IMG/VR virus record: IMGVR_UViG_3300032607_000125 | Coordinates: 32,001-96,000 of that record | Strand: one strand, 5' to 3' | DNA length: 64,000 nucleotides | Source of the DNA: a virus | Part shown: piece by piece, positions 39,875-48,367 of the stretch | Position numbering within the stretch: position 1 is the first letter of the stretch | How the letters are laid out: each line of letters starts with the position of its first letter | Program-made: the position numbers and the translations under genes | The notes under the pieces: model-generated | The model's database searches: none | What the model was told of the DNA's origin: nothing | Seen by the model: the letters and a program-made list of their open reading frames with translations, nothing else

Positions 39875-40068
39875 CAGGGATGGGAACTAGGCGGCACCCT
39901 AGTAAATAACTGCCATTAATTTGGCCCACCTTAGGGCTGTTTGATGCTACGGTAAAAGGCGTCCGGGCAATTGCACTGTCACTCGTTAGTTGACCCTGTA
40001 TTAAGTAAGCAGGACTATCGTTATGCCTTCGGGGTAACACTTACTACACTCGCTTAATAGGAGAAATC
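39875..40068 (+). ncRNA. Structured 5' leader / candidate ncRNA with pseudoknots and a terminal ROSE-like thermometer hairpin
   Basis: About 200-nt GC-richer intergenic region with six hand-folded stems; last hairpin CUCGCU-UAAU-AGGAG occludes the hsp20 RBS with a bulged G. Confidence 0.6.
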
Positions 40069-40578
40069 ATGACTAATTTTAAATTAGGTAATATCACGTT
40101 CGGTCCAGCATTCAAGGACTTTGACAAATACTTCGTAGGTCTTGAAGAACAACAAGATCACATGCAAAGACTGCATGCAGAAATCGCGAAGAACATCCCC
40201 GGTTACCCTCCATACAATATCAAGAAAAATAGTGACAACTCATACACTATCGAACTTGCTGTTGCCGGTTTCGCTCAAAGTGAAATTGACATCGAAATTG
40301 ATGGTGGCAAACTAATCGTTAAGGGCAATTCTGCTCTTACTGAAGACGACAAAAATGAAAACTTTCTGTTCAAAGGTATTGCTAATCGCGCGTTCACTCG
40401 TGCTTTTGCTATTGATGATCAGATTGAAGTAAAAGGTGCTGAACTTTTTAATGGTATGCTTAGAATTGTTTTGGAGCGCTTAATTCCAGAAGAAACTAAA
40501 CCGAAGAAAGTTCAAGTTAAAACTAGAGGTAAGACTCTTAGCGAAAGCGAAAAAGAGCATATCGCTAGTAGACTATAA
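40069..40578 (+). CDS. hsp20: Small heat-shock protein (Hsp20/IbpA family)
   Basis: YPPYNI, Y.IELAVAGF...I.I, GIA.RAF.R.F, V.GA.L.NGML.I.LER..PEE.KP. Confidence 0.95.
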   Translation: MTNFKLGNITFGPAFKDFDKYFVGLEEQQDHMQRLHAEIAKNIPGYPPYNIKKNSDNSYTIELAVAGFAQSEIDIEIDGGKLIVKGNSALTEDDKNENFLFKGIANRAFTRAFAIDDQIEVKGAELFNGMLRIVLERLIPEETKPKKVQVKTRGKTLSESEKEHIASRL

Positions 40579-40601
40579 ATGATTTAATATTTGGAGTTAT
40601 T

Positions 40602-40910
40602 ATGGCAGTGACAGTTTATAAACTTATCAGTGGTGAAGATATTATTGCAGATGTAGAAGGAGAAACTTCTACTACAGTTACTCTAAAAAACCCAGCTGCA
40701 ATTATTGTACAGCAAACAGATGATGGAAGAGTTGGAGCAGCTTTTGCTCCATTTACTCCATTTGCTAAAGACAATAGAGTTGTGATCTATAAATCAGCAA
40801 TTGCTGGTCATATGGAAATAGACGTTAAATTGGCTAATGAATATAGTAGGATTTTTGGATCTGGTATCATGATTGCTTCTGCGAACGAGATGCCAAAGAT
40901 GATTATCTAA
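40602..40910 (+). CDS. Conserved T4-like hypothetical protein (Sm-like fold)
   Basis: KLISGEDIIA...LKNP...PF.PF...Y...FGSGI; usual hsp20-gp43 position. Confidence 0.75.
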   Translation: MAVTVYKLISGEDIIADVEGETSTTVTLKNPAAIIVQQTDDGRVGAAFAPFTPFAKDNRVVIYKSAIAGHMEIDVKLANEYSRIFGSGIMIASANEMPKMII

Positions 40911-40912
40911 AT

Positions 40913-40941
40913 TGTATTTTTAATCAGGAACAGGGTATAAT
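40913..40941 (+). promoter_or_regulatory. Early sigma70-type promoter for gp43, overlapped by a 12-bp inverted repeat
   Basis: TGTATT-17 nt-TATAAT; AACAGGGTATAA(40929-40940) pairs with TTATATCCTGTT(40947-40958). Confidence 0.7.
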
Positions 40942-40983
40942 TAATTTTATATCCTGTTTTACGTTATATCATGAAAGTTAAGA

Positions 40984-43518
40984 ATGCGATTTTATACATC
41001 TATTAATAGATACGGAAATAACTTATTGTACCGTGGATACGAAGATGGAGTGCGCGTTAAGAAAAAAATTCCATTTAAGCCTACGCTTTATGTTAAAGGC
41101 AAAGGCAAGTCTAAGTATAATGCATTGGATGGTACTAATGTAGATCCAATCAAACTCGGCTCAATGCGTGAAGCTAAAGAGTTTGTTGAGAAGTACGACA
41201 GCATTGAAAATTTTACCATTTATGGTAACACTAATTACATCGCTCAATTCATTGCGGAAGAATTCCCCGGTGACATTAAGTTTGATCGTAGCAAGATTCG
41301 AGTTCATACACTTGACATCGAAGTAGCATCTAATGAGGGTTTCCCTGAGCCAGATGTAGCACTTCACACAGTAACAGCAATTGGTATTAAAGATAGTGTT
41401 CTAAACGTTTACTTTGTTTGGGCTCTAGGCGACTATGACACGACCAAAGCAATCATGAAAGATTGCCAAATTCGCTATACGAAATGTAAAGATGAAGCAA
41501 CACTATTAAAGTCTTTCATTGCATTCTGGCATGATGAATTCTTATGTCCTGATGTAGTGACAGGATGGAATATTCGCACCTTTGATATTCCATATCTCGT
41601 TAATCGTATCAATCGAATTCTTGGTGAAGATGATGCTAAAAAGCTTTCACCGTGGGGAATGGTTGAAGCTAAGATGGTCACAATGCGTAAAGGCTTGGTT
41701 CAAGTTTATGAAATTACTGGTATTGCTCAGCTTGATTATCTTGATCTATTCCAAAAGTTTGGGTATTCCTTTGGTCCACAAGAATCATACAAACTTGATC
41801 ACATTGCGTATGTAGTGCTTGGTGAAAAGAAACTAGATTATGACGGTACTCTATATAGTCTTTATCTAACAGATCACCAAAAGTTTATTGATTACAACAT
41901 CAAAGACGTATGGCTTGTTGATCGCATGGAAGATAAGATTGCAATGATTACGCTGTGTTTGACTATGGCCTATAAAGCCGGTGTTAATTACTCGGATACA
42001 ATGGGCACTGTTGCAATTTGGGATGCATTGATTCATAGAACTCTGATGGCCGATAACATCATCATTCCGCCGAATAAGAATAGTTTTAAAACTGATTATG
42101 AAGGTGGATATGTTAAAGATCCACAGTGTGGAGTCCATGATTGGGTTGCTTCTTTTGACGTTAACTCGCTTTACCCAAACATCATTGTGCAATGGAATAT
42201 GAGTCCAGAAACTATTCTTAAAGGTGATGTTGAACGCAACGTTAATGTTGACACTTGTCTTAGTGGTCTTTTGAACACAACTGAAAAGTCTATGGCTGGA
42301 ACTGGTCAATACTTCTCAAAGCATAAGCAAGGATTCATGCCAAAGATCATTGAAGAAATGTATGAAGAACGAGTTGTCATTAAAAAGAAAATGATTGAGT
42401 CTAAGAAAGAACTTGAGGTATGTGATCGTACTGATAAAGTAGAAGTATATCGCATTGAACGTGACATTGCTCACTTTGAAAATCAACAAACTGCTATCAA
42501 GATTCTATTGAATTCATTGTATGGCGCTCTTGGCAATAAGTACTTCCGTTACTTTACGATGGAGATTGCAGAAGGTATTACTATCTCTGGCCAATTGATT
42601 ATTAAGTGGGGTGAGAAGTACATCAATAAGTATCTCAATGATATGCTTAAGACTAACAAAGATTATGTTATTGCAATCGATACTGATTCGATCTATGTAA
42701 GTCTTAATGATCTTGTTAATAAAGTTTATAGTGTTGATGGTATGGTTTCATCTGAGTTTCCCAAAGATAAAATTGTAGATTTTCTTAGTAGAGTTTGTAC
42801 TAAGATTGAAGCTGATGTATTTGACCGATGCTTTAAAGAACTTGGCGAAAACATGAATGTGTACAAACCTCGTATCACAATGAAACGAGAAAGCATTGCA
42901 GACCGTGCAATCTGGTCTGCAAAGAAACGATACATTCTAAATGTATTAGATAATGAAGGAGTTCGATATGCGCAACCGAAACTTAAAATCATGGGTATTG
43001 AGGCGATCAAATCGTCTACGCCGGCAACGTGTCGCAAGGCTTTTAAAGAGTTGTTTCAAGTGCTCATTAGCGGCACGGAAGCACAAACTCAGAGCTTTAT
43101 TCAAGATTTCCAAAAAAGATTCGATGCTTTACCAGCGGAAGACAAAGCATTCCCGCGTGGTGTATCGTCGCTTAAGAAGTATAGTGACCCAAAGCTAATC
43201 TATAAGAAAGGTACTCCAATCAATTCACGAGCATCACTATTGTATAATAACATGCTTAAATTGCATAAGTTAGAAAACAAGTATGAAGCTATTAAAGAAG
43301 GTGAAAAGATCAAGTACATTTATCTTAACCCTAGGAACCCTATGCGTGAAGATGTTATTGCATTTACTAGCATTCTGCCTCCTGAGTTTGGTCTACATCG
43401 CTTTATTGACAATACAACACAATTTGAAAAAGCTTTTCTCGATCCTGCAAAGATAATCATTACTTCTATTGGTTGGAAGGCGGCAGAGGAAGCATCACTT
43501 GAGGATTTCTTTAGTTGA
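40984..43518 (+). CDS. gp43: DNA polymerase gp43 (family B)
   Basis: Exo DIEV, GWN..FD.PY, YN..D; Pol SFDVNSLYP, KI.LNS.YGA.G, DTDS, KKRY; C-terminal SLEDFF. Confidence 0.98.
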   Translation: MRFYTSINRYGNNLLYRGYEDGVRVKKKIPFKPTLYVKGKGKSKYNALDGTNVDPIKLGSMREAKEFVEKYDSIENFTIYGNTNYIAQFIAEEFPGDIKFDRSKIRVHTLDIEVASNEGFPEPDVALHTVTAIGIKDSVLNVYFVWALGDYDTTKAIMKDCQIRYTKCKDEATLLKSFIAFWHDEFLCPDVVTGWNIRTFDIPYLVNRINRILGEDDAKKLSPWGMVEAKMVTMRKGLVQVYEITGIAQLDYLDLFQKFGYSFGPQESYKLDHIAYVVLGEKKLDYDGTLYSLYLTDHQKFIDYNIKDVWLVDRMEDKIAMITLCLTMAYKAGVNYSDTMGTVAIWDALIHRTLMADNIIIPPNKNSFKTDYEGGYVKDPQCGVHDWVASFDVNSLYPNIIVQWNMSPETILKGDVERNVNVDTCLSGLLNTTEKSMAGTGQYFSKHKQGFMPKIIEEMYEERVVIKKKMIESKKELEVCDRTDKVEVYRIERDIAHFENQQTAIKILLNSLYGALGNKYFRYFTMEIAEGITISGQLIIKWGEKYINKYLNDMLKTNKDYVIAIDTDSIYVSLNDLVNKVYSVDGMVSSEFPKDKIVDFLSRVCTKIEADVFDRCFKELGENMNVYKPRITMKRESIADRAIWSAKKRYILNVLDNEGVRYAQPKLKIMGIEAIKSSTPATCRKAFKELFQVLISGTEAQTQSFIQDFQKRFDALPAEDKAFPRGVSSLKKYSDPKLIYKKGTPINSRASLLYNNMLKLHKLENKYEAIKEGEKIKYIYLNPRNPMREDVIAFTSILPPEFGLHRFIDNTTQFEKAFLDPAKIIITSIGWKAAEEASLEDFFS

Positions 43519-44090
43519 AAAATCTATCAGATTATATCAAAGTTTATGATGATGTATTTACAAAAGATTTTTGTTCATCGCTGATTACTAAATTTGAAAC
43601 GTTGGATAGTACTACTAGTCCTTCACTGAGATTGTCAGATCATTCTTGGGATAAAGATTATAGACGTTTCATGGAAGTCAACATAAAACAAGATCCAGCA
43701 TTTACAGATTTAATAGATCCATATTATGCTCGCATTCAGGAAGTTTACGCGCATTATAAACAGATGGTAGGCGGCGAATTCTTTCCATCTAAATTCTCAC
43801 TTGAAGAAGCAAGAATGAAGAGGTATTTAAACGACGACTACGAGCAGTTTGGTTGGCATGTCGACATCGGAGATAAGGCTTCGGCTAGTAGATATTTAGT
43901 TATGTTTACTTATCTGAATGACGTAGAGGATGGTGGGGAGACTGAGTTTAAGTCTAATTCAAATTTTACTGTTAAACCTAAATGTGGTAGAATTGTAGTA
44001 TTCCCTCCTTATTTTATGTTTGAACATCGAGGCAGAAAACCAATCAGCAATAACAAATATATCTTGTCTACATACTTACACTACGCATAA
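43515..44090 (+). CDS. 2OG-Fe(II) oxygenase (prolyl-4-hydroxylase-like)
   Basis: WHVD (HxD), YLNDV..GGET.F, G...FPP....HRG...KY; TTG start overlapping the gp43 stop. Confidence 0.88.
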   Translation: MKNLSDYIKVYDDVFTKDFCSSLITKFETLDSTTSPSLRLSDHSWDKDYRRFMEVNIKQDPAFTDLIDPYYARIQEVYAHYKQMVGGEFFPSKFSLEEARMKRYLNDDYEQFGWHVDIGDKASASRYLVMFTYLNDVEDGGETEFKSNSNFTVKPKCGRIVVFPPYFMFEHRGRKPISNNKYILSTYLHYA

Positions 44091-44101
44091 GGAAACATCT
44101 A

Positions 44102-45187
44102 ATGAGCTTACTAGATAAAATTAAAAAAAATACAACGATCAAAGATTCTGCAATTCTCTCGCAGAGTAAATTCTTCACCAAGAAGGATATGATTCAAACG
44201 GCAATTCCAGCAATGAACGTTGCATTGTCGGGAGAACTTGATGGCGGCTTCGTTCCAGGACTTACACTTTGGTGCGGTCCATCAAAACACTTTAAGTCCA
44301 TGTTCTCTTTGATCATGGCAAAGTCCTATATGGACAAATACCCAGATGCAGTCATGGTATTCTATGACTGCGAATTCGGTACACCAACTGCTTACTTCAC
44401 AGCACTTCAAATCGATACTAGTCGTATTCTTCACGTTCCAATTATGAACATGGAAGAATTTAAATTTGACGTAATCAAACAACTTGAAAATCTTGATCGT
44501 GGTGATCGCGTTATCTTTGTTGTAGACTCACTTGGCAATATGTCATCTAAGAAAGAAATGGATGATGCTCTAGAAGGTAAGTCAGTTGCCGATATGTCTC
44601 GTGCTAAACAGATGAAGTCTATCTTCCGTATGATTACACCTTACTTGAATCGTCTTGATATTCCAATGGTAGCCGTTAATCACATCTATATGGAACAAGG
44701 ATTGTATCCTAAGGCTATCGTATCAGGTGGAACTGGTGTTTATCTTTCAGCTGATAATATCTACATCCTTGGTCGTCAACAAGAGAAAGATGGAACTGAT
44801 ATCATTGGTTACAACTTCATTATCAACGTTGAAAAATCACGATATGTTCGTGAGAAATCTAAGATTCCAGTTTGTGTTAAGTTTGAAGGCGGTCTAAGCA
44901 AATGGTCTGGACTTCTAGACATGGCACTTGAATCTAAGCATGTTATTAAACCAAGCAATGGCTGGTACGCCAAAGTAGATCCATCAACTGGAGAGATGGA
45001 AGAAAAGAAATGGCGTATTAAGGATACTGAATCGAAAGAATTTTGGAGTTCTATTCTCCTGGATGCTTCATTTAGAAATTGGGTTAAAGAACGCTATCAG
45101 GTATCACATGGTGATATCATTAATGATCACGAAATCTTAAAGGAAATGGAAACATATGCAGAAGACGACACCTCTGAGACCTCATAG
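44102..45187 (+). CDS. uvsX: RecA-like recombinase UvsX
   Basis: GPSKHFKS, YDCEFG, DSLGN..SKKE, DMSRAK, NH.Y, SGG.G, NVEKSRYV.EK. Confidence 0.96.
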   Translation: MSLLDKIKKNTTIKDSAILSQSKFFTKKDMIQTAIPAMNVALSGELDGGFVPGLTLWCGPSKHFKSMFSLIMAKSYMDKYPDAVMVFYDCEFGTPTAYFTALQIDTSRILHVPIMNMEEFKFDVIKQLENLDRGDRVIFVVDSLGNMSSKKEMDDALEGKSVADMSRAKQMKSIFRMITPYLNRLDIPMVAVNHIYMEQGLYPKAIVSGGTGVYLSADNIYILGRQQEKDGTDIIGYNFIINVEKSRYVREKSKIPVCVKFEGGLSKWSGLLDMALESKHVIKPSNGWYAKVDPSTGEMEEKKWRIKDTESKEFWSSILLDASFRNWVKERYQVSHGDIINDHEILKEMETYAEDDTSETS

Positions 45188-45539
45188 GGTTTTAGGTAAG
45201 ACTTCTCCCACTGGTGAACTTCATGCCTTGTCGTTCACTAGTGGAGAATTTGCTGATATTATATTCTCATACACTGATGTCAAGTTTATTGAACACGATG
45301 ATGCTTTAACTATTGCATTTGAGTATCATTTGCATGACGTACCTCATCACTTAAAAGACTTCAATACAGAAGTTTTTGAAAAAGAACTTGGTGATTTTAT
45401 AACAGCGTTACTCTACTATGGTATTGAACGCGACAAAATGGGATTTATTGATGGCGAACAGAATAGAGAAGACGATTCTTTCGAATCTGATGCACAACGA
45501 AGCGTACTGCCGGAAGGTAGTGCCATTCCTAAAGACTGA
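45156..45539 (+). CDS. Probable head-vertex assembly chaperone (gp40-like)
   Basis: uvsX-X-gp41 synteny; I.FSY..V.F...L.F.Y...F....GD pattern. Confidence 0.6.
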   Translation: MQKTTPLRPHRVLGKTSPTGELHALSFTSGEFADIIFSYTDVKFIEHDDALTIAFEYHLHDVPHHLKDFNTEVFEKELGDFITALLYYGIERDKMGFIDGEQNREDDSFESDAQRSVLPEGSAIPKD

Positions 45540-46086
45540 GTATTTCTCAGATCAATTTGAGAAAGTTGTTGCTCAAGAGTTAGTAGCGTTCTTCACTGAA
45601 TATAATAAGCCAGCATCACTTGAAATCCTTGCGATTCAACTCGGCAATCGCAAGGATCTTCGTGGTGAACAACTTGCTCAGGTTGAAAGCTACATCAATG
45701 AACTGACATTCAAAACTGATAACGATGAATGGTTGTATAAACACACTGAGGCTTTTTGTAAGAAGCAAGCGGTGTATAATGCAATCATTGATTCGTTTGA
45801 AATCATTGAAGGCAAAGACAAAGTTCGCAGTGAAGATGCTATTCCTTCCATGCTATCAGAAGCTCTTGCGGTTTCATTTGATGCATCGGTTGGCCATGAT
45901 TATCTTGAAGACTTTGAAGAACGATACGACTTCTATAATCGTACTGAAGAGAAACTAGAATTTGATCTAGATCTATTCAATAAAATTACAAAGGGTGGTC
46001 TATCGAAGAAGACTCTGAATGTTATTCTCGCAGGCTGCGTTCATCCAGATACTTTAGTTAGAGTGCGATTTAAGAAGAAAGCGTAA
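45451..46086 (+). CDS. gp41: Replicative helicase gp41, N-terminal fragment (195-aa extein plus 16-aa IntN)
   Basis: IEKTIL.NL..NE.Y.RKV.PFLK.EYF, AL.V.FD..VGHDY, TKGGL..KTLNVILAG then CVHPDTLVRVRFKKKA stop. Confidence 0.93.
   Translation: MANRIEKTILSNLMHNEAYCRKVVPFLKTEYFSDQFEKVVAQELVAFFTEYNKPASLEILAIQLGNRKDLRGEQLAQVESYINELTFKTDNDEWLYKHTEAFCKKQAVYNAIIDSFEIIEGKDKVRSEDAIPSMLSEALAVSFDASVGHDYLEDFEERYDFYNRTEEKLEFDLDLFNKITKGGLSKKTLNVILAGCVHPDTLVRVRFKKKA
46036..46083 (+). mobile_element. Split intein N-fragment (IntN, 16 aa)
   Basis: Cys1 block A CVHPDTLV immediately after Walker A ...ILAG; basic tail RVRFKKKA. Confidence 0.9.
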
Positions 46087-46693
46087 ATCCTAATCTATAT
46101 CCATTAGACAAGAATTCGTTTAATCTTTCTTGACGAATTCTTGTTCTGTGTTTTCCATTTGTTACACAAATCATACCTATTAATGATTTTCCTCCAAGAG
46201 AAGCGTATTCAGATCTTTTTTCTTTATTGAAAATTGCAATTCCAGCTTTCATTTGTGATTGTGCGCCAATTTTACCACCTAATGATGCATGTTCTTTAAA
46301 TTTGTCTGGATTGTGAATACCAATCATATTCTTGATTTGCGTGGCTGCACCCATACGCCGCCATTCATTTCGTTCTTCTAAAGACTTTGAGAAAAATCCA
46401 ATGTCATTATCTCTGCAATATTCACCAGTTATTTTGCGCTGATGCGATGTTAAATTTGCACCGAGCATATACATAGCCCTTAAATCATTTGGAGATTTAT
46501 AAATTTTCCATAGTAAATAATGCGCAATAATGTGTTCTCTTATTGTCAAATATGTAAAATTAGAAATGTCATCAGTTCCACCAGCATGTTTAGGAATAAT
46601 ATGGTGCCTATGTAAATTAGAACTAGGTTTCCATTCATTTATGATTGTACTTTTACTCATACATAGATTATAATAAACTTTATCGTAGAACAT
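46070..46693 (-). mobile_element. Antisense free-standing HNH homing endonuclease between the intein halves
   Basis: HRHHIIPKHAGGTDD..N.TYLT.REH..AH.LL; AGGAGA RBS on the minus strand; C-terminal TNG...R.....EFL..GYRLG. Confidence 0.9.
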
Positions 46694-46729
46694 TGGTTTC
46701 TCCTAAATTATCGCCTGTACCGGCTAACT

Positions 46730-46737
46730 TATTTATA
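46730..46737 (-). promoter_or_regulatory. T4-type late promoter driving the antisense HNH
   Basis: Plus strand TATTTATA = TATAAATA on the minus strand, about 37 nt upstream of the HNH ATG. Confidence 0.8.
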
Positions 46738-46753
46738 CTCTAAATTGAAAAAT

Positions 46754-47125
46754 ATGACTTGGATCACAAAAGAAATAAAAATAAATGACATTGAGTCTAT
46801 GCTAGAAGACTATGATGTTGAAGTAGATTCTCCAGATGGGTTTGTCCCAGTATCTCTATTTGTTGATAAGGGAGAATGGGACGAGTTTAAGTTGACAATG
46901 CTGGATGGTCGCACTATTCACGTCAACGAAAATCATCTATTTGAAACCGACTCAGGTTGGCAGTATGCTAAAGATTTAGTTGATACTGGTGTTAATACAT
47001 ATATTAGCGATACTGGCACTTCACTTGGTATTTTGACAAAAACTGGAAATCGTATTCCCATTGTTGATATTCAGGTAGAACACGAGAATCATAGGTATTA
47101 TACTAATGGAGTATCATCGCATAAT
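46754..47125 (+). mobile_element. Split intein C-fragment (IntC, about 124 aa)
   Basis: VDSPDGF, block B VNENHLF, block F VDIQV, block G NHRYYTNGVSSHN followed by Thr+1 (TGVGKS). Confidence 0.92.
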
Positions 47126-47932
47126 ACTGGCGTGGGCAAGAGTTTGTTCATGTGTCACGTCGCCGCTGGCGCTTTAATGCAAGGTAAGAACGTACTGTAT
47201 ATTACAATGGAAATGGCAGAAGAACGTATCGCTGAACGTATCGATGCTAACTTGCTTAACATGACAATGGAAGAACTTAGTAAAGTTACTAAGGACATCT
47301 ACGAGACTCGTCTTGGCAAGTTGATCAAGAAAACTGCTGGTAAGTTAATCGTTAAGGAATACCCCACAGCAGCAGCTCACTCTGGACACTTTAAAGCATT
47401 GCTTGAAGAGTTGAAGATGAAACGTAACTTCATGCCAGACTTAATCGTTATTGATTATCTAAACATCTGTTCTTCTGCTCGTATGAAAGCCGGTGCTGGA
47501 GTTAATTCATACACCTTCATTAAGTCTATTGCAGAAGAACTTCGTGGTCTAGCCGTTGAGTATAATGTACCAATCCTTAGTGCAACTCAAACTACTCGTA
47601 GTGGATTTGGTAATACCGATGTTGGACTAGAAGATACTTCTGAATCATTTGGTCTTCCAGCAACTACTGACTTTATGTTTGCGTTAATCTCCACTGAAGA
47701 ACTTGAGAATCTTAATCAGATCATGGTTAAACAACTTAAGAATCGTTATAATGATGTGAACTATTATAAACGATTCGTTATTGGTGTTGATAGATCTAGA
47801 ATGAAATTATATGATGTTGAAGAATCAGCGCAGAAGAATATATCTGATGCTGGTCAAGATGATGGCCCTGCCTTTGATAAGACTTCATTTGGTAAAAGGA
47901 TGAAAAGTGCCGGTGACGGGTTTACATTTTAA
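46754..47932 (+). CDS. gp41: Replicative helicase gp41, C-terminal fragment (IntC plus 268-aa extein)
   Basis: After HN: TGVGKSLFMCH, YITMEMAEE.IAERIDAN, IDYLNI, LRGLA, SATQTTRSG, SESFGLPAT.D, KQLKNRY. Confidence 0.95.
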   Translation: MTWITKEIKINDIESMLEDYDVEVDSPDGFVPVSLFVDKGEWDEFKLTMLDGRTIHVNENHLFETDSGWQYAKDLVDTGVNTYISDTGTSLGILTKTGNRIPIVDIQVEHENHRYYTNGVSSHNTGVGKSLFMCHVAAGALMQGKNVLYITMEMAEERIAERIDANLLNMTMEELSKVTKDIYETRLGKLIKKTAGKLIVKEYPTAAAHSGHFKALLEELKMKRNFMPDLIVIDYLNICSSARMKAGAGVNSYTFIKSIAEELRGLAVEYNVPILSATQTTRSGFGNTDVGLEDTSESFGLPATTDFMFALISTEELENLNQIMVKQLKNRYNDVNYYKRFVIGVDRSRMKLYDVEESAQKNISDAGQDDGPAFDKTSFGKRMKSAGDGFTF

Positions 47933-47949
47933 TCGTAATGTGTTATAAT
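47921..47949 (+). promoter_or_regulatory. Early sigma70-type promoter
   Basis: TTTACA-17 nt-TATAAT; AGGAG RBS before 47966. Confidence 0.8.
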
Positions 47950-47965
47950 TGTTATAGGAGAATAT

Positions 47966-48367
47966 ATGTCAACTAATTGGGTAAAAGACATGCAGGATAT
48001 GCATGCAAAATTTGGTGTTAACACCGTGATTCGTGGATTGGATAAAGCAAAGCTTGCTGCATTCATTCAATTTCGCATTAAGTTCTTGCAAGAAGAACTA
48101 GATGAAATGATCGTATCAGACAATGGTGATGATACAGTTGATGCATTGATTGATCTTTGTGTGGTTGCTATTGGAACACTTGATGCGCTAGATGTTAACG
48201 CATATACTGCTTGGGATCGAGTGCTAACAGCAAATATGACAAAAGAAATCGGTATTAAAGCGAGTAGACCTAATCCACTGGGATTACCAGACTTGATTAA
48301 ACCAGAAGGTTGGATTGCTCCAAGTCACGCTGATAATGTTGGATTGCTAAGTAAGGTACAAAAGTAA
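47966..48367 (+). CDS. MazG-like / all-alpha NTP pyrophosphohydrolase
   Basis: R..F..EE..E......D..DALID...V..G...V..ANM.K...RP...DLIKPEGW..P. Confidence 0.8.
   Translation: MSTNWVKDMQDMHAKFGVNTVIRGLDKAKLAAFIQFRIKFLQEELDEMIVSDNGDDTVDALIDLCVVAIGTLDALDVNAYTAWDRVLTANMTKEIGIKASRPNPLGLPDLIKPEGWIAPSHADNVGLLSKVQK

Noticed and set aside
39875-40068. tRNA, tmRNA or hammerhead ribozyme
   Set aside because: The first pseudoknot resembles tmRNA pk1, but there is no tRNA-like acceptor or T-arm, no CCA end and no tag ORF. There is no CUGAUGA/GAAA core.
43515-44090. TET/JBP 5mC dioxygenase partnering the MTase
   Set aside because: The motif layout is P4H-like (YLND..GGET.F), not TET/JBP, and the gene is not adjacent to the MTase.
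46036-47125. Group I intron or sequencing frameshift in gp41
   Set aside because: The junctions carry protein-splicing motifs (Cys1; His-Asn then Thr), each half has its own stop or start, and I saw no group I core.
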